Source: Promethearchaeota archaeon
GTDB taxonomy: Archaea; Asgardarchaeota; Lokiarchaeia; Sigyniarchaeales; SOKP01
Assembly: GCA_048938855.1 (NCBI GenBank)
Contig: JBHLLT010000018.1
Span: forward strand, 4,347 to 54,391
Direction of reading: 5' to 3'
DNA: 50,045 nt
The notes under the pieces are model-generated. The model was not told where the DNA came from and did no database searches. It saw only the letters and a list, made by a program, of their open reading frames with translations. Positions 10,697-19,492 of the stretch are shown piece after piece. The stretch's first letter is position 1. The number at the start of each line of letters is the position of its first letter. A program made the translations under genes and the position numbers.

Positions 10697-10877
10697 TGTA
10701 ATTTCCTTTTATTTTTGTAAAAATTTTGTGTATTAGAAAATCAAAAAGAGTATTTAAAATTAACTAACATTAGATATTGGTACCCCTAAAATATATAAAG
10801 AGAGTTCTTCTATATTATCTATTAGAACTATACTTCTATTCAGAGTAAAAAAATAATTAGAATTTTAGACGCCTTTT

Positions 10878-11759
10878 TTAATGTCCAAATCTTCTCTTCT
10901 CCTTTTCAAGATAGCTTTTTTCTGTTAATATGTCCAATTCAGCGTTTAACCAACATAACTCATCATAAGTGCATGAAGATTTAAATACCTGTTCTGCCTT
11001 TTGTTTAATATCTTCAATTGAAGGCATGTTAAGGCTGATTTTTTGAATTTTTTCGGCCAAAATCCAACATAGTTCGTCATAGGTATAACCTTTTAGAGAT
11101 AAATAATATGCTGCTTCTCTAATTTGATATTTAAGGTCATTTTCTTCTGGTTCTTCTTCAATGATTTCTGGTACAGGTTCTAGTATTGATTCAGATTCTG
11201 TTATTGGTTCAGGTGCTTCTTTTAGTTCAGGTTCAATTTTAGCTTCGAATTTGAATGTGGGCTTTTCAAACTTAACAAATTTGACAGTACTGGTAGATTC
11301 TTGTGTTTCTTTTAATGGTTTAATCTTTCGATGAGCTTTAATTTGTTCAAGCCATTTTATTATTCTCTCCTCAGTCGTAACTTCTCTTTCCTTCGGTATT
11401 CCATCAAGTCCTATTGATTTGATTTCTTCTGGAGGAGTCTTAAATATAAATTCTGGTCTGCGCTCAATTGTTTTACCTGGTATAAGCCCCTTTTCAAGAT
11501 TATGCATCATCGCTAAAAAGGAGCCATATTCTCGTTTTTGTTTCATGATTAAAATTTTTACAGACCCACCACGATCTTTATCAATCTTTCTTGCTATATC
11601 AGCTGTTATATCTTTTTGTGATTGTGATACTTCTAACCCGACCCAAATATAAATTGTATTTTTCTCTTTGTCATCAACAAGATATACATCATTTTCCTTA
11701 AAATTTAACCTACCTAACTGATTTAGTTCTCCTTTTTCACTAATACTAAATAATTGCAT
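10878..11759 (-). CDS. One-domain gelsolin-like protein with a C-terminal duplicated helical domain
   Basis: 'FKENDVYLVDD..NTIYIWVG..VSQSQK..TADIARKI' fits a gelsolin repeat. An acidic Pro/Glu linker follows, then two 'YDELCWxxAE' repeats. Confidence 0.75.
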   Translation of the reverse strand: MQLFSISEKGELNQLGRLNFKENDVYLVDDKEKNTIYIWVGLEVSQSQKDITADIARKIDKDRGGSVKILIMKQKREYGSFLAMMHNLEKGLIPGKTIERRPEFIFKTPPEEIKSIGLDGIPKEREVTTEERIIKWLEQIKAHRKIKPLKETQESTSTVKFVKFEKPTFKFEAKIEPELKEAPEPITESESILEPVPEIIEEEPEENDLKYQIREAAYYLSLKGYTYDELCWILAEKIQKISLNMPSIEDIKQKAEQVFKSSCTYDELCWLNAELDILTEKSYLEKEKRRFGH

Positions 11760-11981
11760 AGCAGTCTCTCATAAGAAGAGTCAAATATTATAAAAATAGA
11801 TTAATTACAAGTATATAATTTTTTTTGTTTATTCACATCTCTCTTCTTTCATAGAACCAGTTGTTAATATTTGAAATTATCTATAAGTTTTCAGATTCCT
11901 TAAGCTTTTTAATACTAACTTTATTATATCTTTAATGAAGATAAGTAAATTACTTATAATTAAATTTAAAATATTAGAAAG

Positions 11982-12422
11982 ATGAGTCAAGAGAATATTG
12001 ATGGAAAGGATCCGAATCTCATAATAAATAAATTGAGAGAAGAAAATAAGAGTTTAAAGATCAGGATTGCTGAATTAGAAGAAGAGATTAAAATCATTCT
12101 TGGACCCAAAGAACCAATTAAGGAATTAAAGCCTCTAGAAGTTAGATATGAACCAATAACACCTATATCAACCCCAGAAAAAGAAGTGATTGTTTCTAGT
12201 TCAGATTTTTCTTCAGATACAGTTCCATTAGAAATGGGTAAGGGGCCTATAATAGAAGGTATATCAAGACGAGAGTGTCCTATATGTGGAAATACTAATA
12301 AAGCTCTTATCTATGAAAATATTGACAGAACACATCTAATCAGTGCATATCCAAGAATGTACGGCAAGAAATATAAATGTGGTGAGTGTGGTCGTGAGTG
12401 GCGGATTCCCCTAGAAATGTAG
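11982..12422 (+). CDS. Coiled-coil protein with C-terminal zinc ribbon
   Basis: N-terminal heptads (LREENKSLKIRIAELEEEI) and CPICG...YKCGECG. Confidence 0.75.
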   Translation: MSQENIDGKDPNLIINKLREENKSLKIRIAELEEEIKIILGPKEPIKELKPLEVRYEPITPISTPEKEVIVSSSDFSSDTVPLEMGKGPIIEGISRRECPICGNTNKALIYENIDRTHLISAYPRMYGKKYKCGECGREWRIPLEM

Positions 12423-12571
12423 ATTAATTTTTAATTAATTAAACTTATCTAAAAATCCTATCCCTTCAAAAAGATTAGTAACTCTTTAATTTTTTAAACA
12501 TGTTCGGTTTTAGATTTAAATCATATATTGCTTTTTAATTATTATAAAATAAAATAGCAAAAGAGTAGCTT

Positions 12572-12898
12572 ATGAGCAATCAAAATATCAAAAAGAGTAT
12601 CTTAAACTTGAACTCTTTACTTGATTATCAAGAAGGATCGGTTGTTAGTCGAGCTTTAATAAATAAAGATGTAGGAACAGTAACTTTATTTTCATTTGAT
12701 AAAGGTGAAAGCTTAAGTGAACATACTGCGCCGTTCGATGCACTTGTTTATATATTCAATGGCGAAGCAGAAATAATAATTTCAAAAGAAAAATTCATTT
12801 TAAAAACTGGTCAGATGATTATTATGCCTGCAAATGAGCCACACGCATTAAAGGCAATAGAGAAATTCAAAATGATGTTAATAATGATAAAATCTTGA
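12572..12898 (+). CDS. Cupin domain protein
   Basis: 'LSEHTAPFDA..GEAEI...MPANEPHAL' cupin_2 metal motifs. Confidence 0.88.
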   Translation: MSNQNIKKSILNLNSLLDYQEGSVVSRALINKDVGTVTLFSFDKGESLSEHTAPFDALVYIFNGEAEIIISKEKFILKTGQMIIMPANEPHALKAIEKFKMMLIMIKS

Positions 12899-12945
12899 AT
12901 GTCTAAATAAAAAAAATATTTATTTTCCTTTAATTTTTAAAATTT

Positions 12946-13104
12946 GTGAATGATAAAGACTTCCTAGATGATGAATTAGAAGAAGAACTTGAAAAAGCTC
13001 TAGAAGCTAATGAGAAAAAAAGTAATGTTTTCAAAATTATACGCAATGAAAAAGAATCTTTAGATACAAAAGAAAAACGATTTAAAAGGAAGGTTAAGCA
13101 TTAA
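12946..13104 (+). CDS. Small 52-aa charged protein, not in the ORF track
   Basis: GTG...TAA frame reads MNDKDFLDDELEEELEKALEANEKKSNVFKIIRNEKESLDTKEKRFKRKVKH. Purine-rich coding-like composition; it fills the gap between the cupin and MFS genes. Confidence 0.5.
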   Translation: MNDKDFLDDELEEELEKALEANEKKSNVFKIIRNEKESLDTKEKRFKRKVKH

Positions 13105-13150
13105 CATTTCTCTGTTTTTAAAAAAGTAATAATTTAATGACAATTTTTAA

Positions 13151-14380
13151 TCATTTACGAGAATTAATTTCTTCTGAAACTATGCGTTTGGAATAGAGAT
13201 ATAATAACAATGTAACCAATATAAATAAAATAGACGCCATTAATATCGCAAGATAAACTCCTGTAATCCCAAAATTAACAGAAAAAGACGCTAGGGTGAA
13301 TGGAACAAGCGCAATACCCGTAAAATAACTTGCAGTTAATGATCCTGCTAAAGCTCCACGCCTTTTAGGTGATAAAACTTGACTATAGTAAGTTATTGTT
13401 GTAAATAAGATTCCTCCTGAAAGTCCAGCAAGAATCCAACCTATTGCTAATAATAAAAATCTTTCTGGATTTGTTATATCTCCAACAATTAATAAAATAA
13501 CTAACGAGGATAATAAGATTAATGAACCAATCAATAATGGTATTCTAGCTCCATTCTTTTTAATTTTAAAACCTGTTAGAATTCCTGTTGTTGCAGCACC
13601 AACACCAGATAAGCAAAGAATAAATCCTATTATTCTTGTATCTAATACTCCTGAAAGTACTCTAGATGTCCAAATATTTAATGCGATATAGGTATGTGAT
13701 ATAAAAAACGCAGATAATATCATTAGTATTACTGAGAAGCGTCGCCATTCTTTTGAAAGTTGGGATAAAAATATCAAAATTCCTGACTTTTCTGGGACAT
13801 TTTGATGAGGCCTTCGTGCAAAAGCAAAATATACCAAACAAAAGCAAGTTATAACTATGAATAATATATAAATTGACTGCCACCCAATAAATATCATTTG
13901 AGATGCAATTAGAGGACCTAAACCTACTCCTAAATTAGCACTTGCTCCCAAATATCCCAATTTTTTAGCTATATTTGTTGGGGGAGTGATGTCTGTCATT
14001 AAAGCTATAAGAACTGGATTTATAAATCCAAAACCTATTCCACCGATAATATTTGCGATTACATACATTCCTAAATTAAAAGATACCGCTGCAATCAGCA
14101 TTGCAATTCCGAATACGATCAAACCAATTATCAGCACGGGGACTCTACCTTTATTATCTGAAATTGCCCCAGAAAACAGTTGTGTTATCCCAAAGGGGAA
14201 CATAAATGCTGGAATTGCTAAGAATAAATCATCAGCTGAAACATGAAAACTACTCGATAAAACATCAAATAATACATTTATTATATTTCCAGTTAGAGGA
14301 CCCAATAAAAACAGTAGAAATATTACAAATTCAAGCCATATAGAATGATTTCTAGGATTTTTTTGGATATTTTGATTCAT
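13151..14380 (-). CDS. MFS transporter (DHA1 drug:H+ antiporter-like)
   Basis: About 12 TM, 'GAISDNKGRVPV' motif A and 'GVGLGPLIA' motif C-like. Confidence 0.88.
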   Translation of the reverse strand: MNQNIQKNPRNHSIWLEFVIFLLFLLGPLTGNIINVLFDVLSSSFHVSADDLFLAIPAFMFPFGITQLFSGAISDNKGRVPVLIIGLIVFGIAMLIAAVSFNLGMYVIANIIGGIGFGFINPVLIALMTDITPPTNIAKKLGYLGASANLGVGLGPLIASQMIFIGWQSIYILFIVITCFCLVYFAFARRPHQNVPEKSGILIFLSQLSKEWRRFSVILMILSAFFISHTYIALNIWTSRVLSGVLDTRIIGFILCLSGVGAATTGILTGFKIKKNGARIPLLIGSLILLSSLVILLIVGDITNPERFLLLAIGWILAGLSGGILFTTITYYSQVLSPKRRGALAGSLTASYFTGIALVPFTLASFSVNFGITGVYLAILMASILFILVTLLLYLYSKRIVSEEINSRK

Positions 14381-14475
14381 TATTTTTGCTATTGATAATT
14401 CTTATTTAAAGTATTCTTTTTTAAATTAAAGAAGCTAATAATATTGTCTCTAATCAATTACTTTAAGATATTATA

Positions 14476-14940
14476 ATGATACTAATCAGAGAAGCATTTG
14501 ATAAAGAATTAACAAATCAAGCTCGAAGCCTTTTTATTGAATATGGTGAATCTCTTAATATTGATTTAAGTTTTCAAGACTTTAAGCAAGAATTAAAGTG
14601 GCTTCCAAAACCTTATTGTCTTCCAAGAGGATGCCTATTATTAGCATATTTTGATAATAAATTGGCTGGATGCGCAGCTTTAAGAAAGTTAGAAAATGAT
14701 ATTTGTGAAATGAAACGTTTGTATGTTCGTCCAGAATTTCGAAGAAAAAGAATAGGGTTAGAATTATCAAAATCTATTATTACAAGAGCAATAGAATATG
14801 GTTATAGATATATGCGCTTGGATACCTTACCTTTTATGAAAGAAGCAATTAATTTATACCATTCTTTAGGATTTAAAGAAATTGCTCCTTATTGTTATAA
14901 TCCCATTGAGAATGCAAAATTTTTTGAATTAGAACTATAA
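14476..14940 (+). CDS. GNAT family N-acetyltransferase
   Basis: 'CEMKRLYVRPEFRRKRIG', 'MRLDTLPFMKEAINLYHSLGF'. Confidence 0.92.
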   Translation: MILIREAFDKELTNQARSLFIEYGESLNIDLSFQDFKQELKWLPKPYCLPRGCLLLAYFDNKLAGCAALRKLENDICEMKRLYVRPEFRRKRIGLELSKSIITRAIEYGYRYMRLDTLPFMKEAINLYHSLGFKEIAPYCYNPIENAKFFELEL

Positions 14941-15002
14941 CTTATTGAAAAACTAATAAGAATTATATAGGAATTCTATCAATTTAAGTCATAAATAAAA
15001 TT

Positions 15003-15086
15003 ATGGATCCTGAGATAATAACTACTGTGCACACAGATAATCCAGAATGGTTTAGTAAGCAATTTGATAATGTCATTCTTTTATAG
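15003..15086 (+). pseudogene. Possible remnant of the C-terminus of an RNase J-like/beta-CASP metallo-hydrolase
   Basis: Translates to MDPEIITTVHTDNPEWFSKQFDNVILL*, resembling the 'P..iiPvHT..PEwF' C-terminal motif; no upstream body of the gene. Confidence 0.3.
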
Positions 15087-15262
15087 GTTACTAAACCTTA
15101 CCTATTTTGATTTTATATTAGTTAAAAAATAAAAAAAAGGGAATCTGTAAGATTAAAATACTACTAAATTTAAGTCCAAAAACTCATTTTCATATATTTC
15201 AGATCTTCCAAAATTCCTAATATTTAAACCATTTTCCTTTTTTTAATTAATATTTTAACTAA

Positions 15263-15529
15263 TTAATAAAAAGATTTTCGGCTACGGGAGTTCGATCGTG
15301 GACCTTTTTCTACTACTTTCACATTACTAGCTTGTGGACCTTTTTTTCCCTCTGTAATCTCGTATTCAACAATATCACCCTCATAAACAATCTTGAATTC
15401 ATCTTCTCCACCTTTAATAGCAGAATAATGAATAAAAATATCGGCAGATCCGTCATCTGGGGTAACGAAGCCATAGCCTTTTTTCTTATCAAACCATTTT
15501 ACAGTTCCTTTTCCCATTGATACAACCAT
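15263..15529 (-). CDS. cspA: Cold-shock domain protein (CspA family)
   Basis: '[26 protein letters not shown]...[10 protein letters not shown]' contains RNP1 and RNP2. Confidence 0.95.
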   Translation of the reverse strand: MVVSMGKGTVKWFDKKKGYGFVTPDDGSADIFIHYSAIKGGEDEFKIVYEGDIVEYEITEGKKGPQASNVKVVEKGPRSNSRSRKSFY

Positions 15530-15718
15530 ATTACAATATATATTCGGTTAATATTGTACCAATTAAGATTCTTAAGGAATACAGAATAATAAGTTTATGG
15601 TAAAAAGAATATAAAATCGTTAAAAAACAATCAAAGAATTTTCATTCGATTCTATCAAAAAAATATTTGAACGGAGTATTATTTTTCTTTTTTAACTCAA
15701 TACTATTAAAGTAAAATA

Positions 15719-16990
15719 ATGACACTGTGGAATAAAGCCAATTCTGTTCAAGATCAATCAAATTATAGAACATGGCCAGTGTTTTTACTCGCATTTGTAA
15801 GATTATTTTATATTGCAATTTTTGAAAGGGCTTTATCTAATTACTTATTATTTGAAATAGGGATTGAATCGAGTGTTTTAGGCTTTATCTCTTCAACAGG
15901 AGCGATTACTTATATTTTTGCTCCGATGTTAGGGCAATTAATTACCAATAAATTTTTAGGTATAAGAAATGCACTCATATTAACTTCAATATCAACACCA
16001 ATTTTCACCGGTCTTCAAATCGTGTATCCCGAAGCGTGGTTTTTAATTATATGTCGAGTATTACTAGGATTGACGTTAGGATTTTTCTGGCCGAATTTAC
16101 TTAATCTTTTAAGTATCTGGCAGAGATTAGGTACTGCTGAAAAGTCAAAGAAGAATTTTTCTTTTTATAATCTTTCTTGGAATGCAGGATTCATAATTGG
16201 GCTTATTGTTGGTTTCTTTTGGGCTCTTATATGGAGCGATTTTTTTGCGATGATTATATCATGGTTATTGTCATTTCTATTAATCCCTGTTAGTTTCTTT
16301 ATAAAACGAGAAATAAAACCAGATATTTCAAAAGAAATTGTAATATATCAGTCAGAAGATCCCCTCTCTCACTTAGATATGAAAGAAGATTTAACTGTCA
16401 ATTCACATACTCCTATGATTATATTTCCCATTATTTTTTCATGGCTTTGTATAATGTTCTTAGCAATATCAAAATCAATTTTCATTTTTGGGTATCAATT
16501 TCTCGTTGATTACTCTTTGCCTAATGAATTTTCTTATCTCACTTATCTTGCACAATGTGGATTACAATTCATGCAACTTCTTGGTCTAACATGGATAAAT
16601 TCAATTAAAACATACAGTAAGAAATTATATTCGTTAGTAAGTGTTATAATCATTGGTGTAATTAGCCTCACAATTGCTCTTATAGGGGATATATGGTATA
16701 TTTCTATTATAACTCCAATTGTTGGTTTATTTTTAGGATTAATTCATGGTGTTGGCATGAAAATTATGCTTGAATACGGGACAGCAGAAAATACTTCAAA
16801 ATATTCAACAATAAATGAAATAATAGTAGGATTGGGCTTTGGATTAACCCCAATAGTCGCAGGTTTCATCATCGATATGTATCTATACGGAATACATTGG
16901 TTTTTAACTTTCCTTAGCCCTCTTATCTTGATATCTCTAATTATACTTTCCAAAAATATCAAAAGGAAAAAGATGAATATTTTTAGCTAA
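15719..16990 (+). CDS. MFS transporter
   Basis: About 12 TM in two halves with a central hydrophilic loop; 'GFGLTPIVAG'. Confidence 0.8.
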   Translation: MTLWNKANSVQDQSNYRTWPVFLLAFVRLFYIAIFERALSNYLLFEIGIESSVLGFISSTGAITYIFAPMLGQLITNKFLGIRNALILTSISTPIFTGLQIVYPEAWFLIICRVLLGLTLGFFWPNLLNLLSIWQRLGTAEKSKKNFSFYNLSWNAGFIIGLIVGFFWALIWSDFFAMIISWLLSFLLIPVSFFIKREIKPDISKEIVIYQSEDPLSHLDMKEDLTVNSHTPMIIFPIIFSWLCIMFLAISKSIFIFGYQFLVDYSLPNEFSYLTYLAQCGLQFMQLLGLTWINSIKTYSKKLYSLVSVIIIGVISLTIALIGDIWYISIITPIVGLFLGLIHGVGMKIMLEYGTAENTSKYSTINEIIVGLGFGLTPIVAGFIIDMYLYGIHWFLTFLSPLILISLIILSKNIKRKKMNIFS

Positions 16991-17023
16991 TTATCTGCTA
17001 ATATTTATCTAAAAGGTAGAGAT

Positions 17024-17494
17024 TTAGCTTCTTACTATTCCATTTAGGTGATCCATCAATTTTAATTCTAAAGTTGGATTAGTAGGATATCCTTTTTCTA
17101 TTTTGCCTAAAATCAAAGTTCTTAAAAAATCTTCAAGGTCATTTGACTTACCAATTTTATTAATAAGATAATCCATTCCCTGTTCATTATCTAAAATATT
17201 GATTAAGTACATGTAAAAGATGATACTTAAAGCTTCTTCTAAATCCCTAGCTCCAACAACAAGAGTAGGACCTTCCCTAAATAAATCTCCTTGATAACTA
17301 AAGAGATTTGTATTTCCCCATTTTTTGATCTTATCTTTCAAAAAATCTAAAACACCAAGTATTTCTAACGGAGATTTTTCAGGTTCAAGCTTAAAAAAAA
17401 TTCCACATTCTGCCTTTTGTTCATAAATCTTAATTAAATTATTTATTTGTATTTTTAATTTAACTTTGAGAGATGCAGAATTAGTCTTTGACAT
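17024..17494 (-). CDS. Hypothetical protein
   Basis: Open frame with ATG at 17494 (alternative TTG at 17518); no motif recognised. Confidence 0.65.
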   Translation of the reverse strand: MSKTNSASLKVKLKIQINNLIKIYEQKAECGIFFKLEPEKSPLEILGVLDFLKDKIKKWGNTNLFSYQGDLFREGPTLVVGARDLEEALSIIFYMYLINILDNEQGMDYLINKIGKSNDLEDFLRTLILGKIEKGYPTNPTLELKLMDHLNGIVRS

Positions 17495-17565
17495 AGAATC
17501 ATATAGTAGAATTATCAAGACTAATTATAGATTTCCTTATTGTTAATAAATTAAAGGTAAGATTG

Positions 17566-18249
17566 TTAGAAATGGTAATTATCTCCAAGACAAATGTGCT
17601 TAAATTGCTCAGGAAATGTCTTTTTAATCAAATCTACATTTCTAGAGCAATGGCATGCTCCTATTAATTCAATATTTTCTAAATATGACAATTTATTAAA
17701 TCCATGAAATCCACCTATAATTGCTTTAATCTTAGAAACATGTTGAGCATTTATGATAAATTTCTCTAATCCGGGATGAGCACAACCTACTAATAAAATT
17801 AACTCTTTATTTTTTGTTTTTAAAAATACTGATAGTTCAGGTATAAAATCCTTAATTTGTCCAGAAATTACAAGGTTTTTTTCAATTTCGATCATTTCAG
17901 AAATACCATGAAATTGACTATTAGGAAATGCCCTAAAAAACGATTTCAAATTATTTATTGGAACATAAATATCTACATTAGGGTTGAATCGAAGAATTCC
18001 TTCTAATCCTCCAGCATGGTCATGATGATTATGAGAAATTATAACATTTTTTATAGATGAGATATCCACATTAAATTTTTTTATATTATGAATTAATACA
18101 TTACTCTTACCACCTGTATCAAAGAGGGAATATGTTTCAGTAAAATAATTAAATATCATAACAGAAAATCCAAAACCTGTTAGAAATCCTGGCTTAGGAC
18201 ATTTATCATCAAATACAATACTGATTTCAAAGGATAAATTTGGTTTCAT
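17566..18249 (-). CDS. MBL-fold metallo-hydrolase (archaeal DHPS-like/MJ0301-type family)
   Basis: 'LFDTG', 'SHNHHDHAGG' (HxHxDH), 'GCAHPG', 'IGGFH', 'ACHCS'. Confidence 0.88.
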   Translation of the reverse strand: MKPNLSFEISIVFDDKCPKPGFLTGFGFSVMIFNYFTETYSLFDTGGKSNVLIHNIKKFNVDISSIKNVIISHNHHDHAGGLEGILRFNPNVDIYVPINNLKSFFRAFPNSQFHGISEMIEIEKNLVISGQIKDFIPELSVFLKTKNKELILLVGCAHPGLEKFIINAQHVSKIKAIIGGFHGFNKLSYLENIELIGACHCSRNVDLIKKTFPEQFKHICLGDNYHF

Positions 18250-18364
18250 ATATGTTTTATAATATTAAGAACTACTAAAGATTATCATAATATAAAATGA
18301 TAAAATTTTTTGAAGCTATATATCTATATTAGTTTAATATTGAATAAATGATCAGGTTAATTCT

Positions 18365-19465
18365 ATGTTTTGTCATAATTGCGGTAAAAAACTTGATGGT
18401 TCAGCAATCTACTGTGAACAATGTGGTGTAAAAGTAAGAAAAGAAGATGCTTCTAAATGGATTAGTGAATCTGAAGGTCTTAATCGATATCACGAATTAG
18501 AGTTTGAATTTGGGGATATAAATGATGAAATTAGAACATTGCCTTCAAAAAATGCTTATTTAAACCGCTTGATTCAATCGAGAGATCAGAAGCATAATCA
18601 ACTTGAAATGGTGCGAAATATTATGCTCAAAGAAAAAAAAGATTATGATTCTCTTTTAAAAGTAAGTTTTTCTTCTTTAAAAGCCCGATTAGGCGGGGAT
18701 CTAGATGATAGAAAACGAAAAGAAGAAACAGAATACCTAGAGGCATTAGCAAATTTCGAATTTGTAGAAAAAGAATATAAAAATCTTCAAAACGAGGTTC
18801 AAGAGATTCAAAATGAAATAGATCAAATTCAAGTTTTAAAATCGCGTATTCCTACAATAGAATCCGAAATGGAAAAGCTATTAACTCAAATAACTGCCGG
18901 TAAAACAACAGATAATCTAAAAGCATTGGAATATCGATATGAAGAATTACAAAAAGAAATTTCTAAAACTCAAGATATTGAAAATAGTTTTAGACAAGCA
19001 GATTCACTTTTAGGTGAAGCAGAAAGTTATCTAAACAACTCAGTAAACAGTTTAAAATCAGCAGAAGGACTGGGCACGTGGGATACTTTTTTTAGAGGTG
19101 GTTTCTTTGTTGATTCAATGAAACATGGTAATTTAAATACAGCACGTCATGAAATCAATCAAGCTCAAACTCTTGTAAGACGTGCAAAAGATATGGTAGA
19201 TGTTATTGATGATATTTATATTGATTTTGAAGCGCCTAACCTATTTTTTGATATGTTTTTAGATAATTTCTTCTTTGATATGTTTGGAAATATGAAAATT
19301 ACTCGAACAAGAGAACGTGTTGAAAATTCTCTTTATCAACTCAATAATAGTAGAAAGACATTAAATAAACAACTAGATCAATGGATACAGAAAAGGAATC
19401 AATTAGTTGTTGATATAAATAAATTAAGAAATCAAATTCGAGAAGAACGATTATCCCTGTTATAA
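18365..19465 (+). CDS. Zinc-ribbon plus long coiled-coil protein of unknown function
   Basis: N-terminal CHNCG...CEQCG, heptad-rich body, and Phe/Gly-rich segments 'GLGTWDTFFRGGFF' and 'FFDMFLDNFFFDMF'. Confidence 0.8.
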   Translation: MFCHNCGKKLDGSAIYCEQCGVKVRKEDASKWISESEGLNRYHELEFEFGDINDEIRTLPSKNAYLNRLIQSRDQKHNQLEMVRNIMLKEKKDYDSLLKVSFSSLKARLGGDLDDRKRKEETEYLEALANFEFVEKEYKNLQNEVQEIQNEIDQIQVLKSRIPTIESEMEKLLTQITAGKTTDNLKALEYRYEELQKEISKTQDIENSFRQADSLLGEAESYLNNSVNSLKSAEGLGTWDTFFRGGFFVDSMKHGNLNTARHEINQAQTLVRRAKDMVDVIDDIYIDFEAPNLFFDMFLDNFFFDMFGNMKITRTRERVENSLYQLNNSRKTLNKQLDQWIQKRNQLVVDINKLRNQIREERLSLL

Positions 19466-19492
19466 TATCCTCGCATAAATAAATTTAATTTT

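Noticed and set aside
15263-15529. Bacterial-type cold-shock protein as a novelty
   Set aside because: Csp homologues are already known in several archaeal groups; only the short RS-rich tail is mildly unusual.
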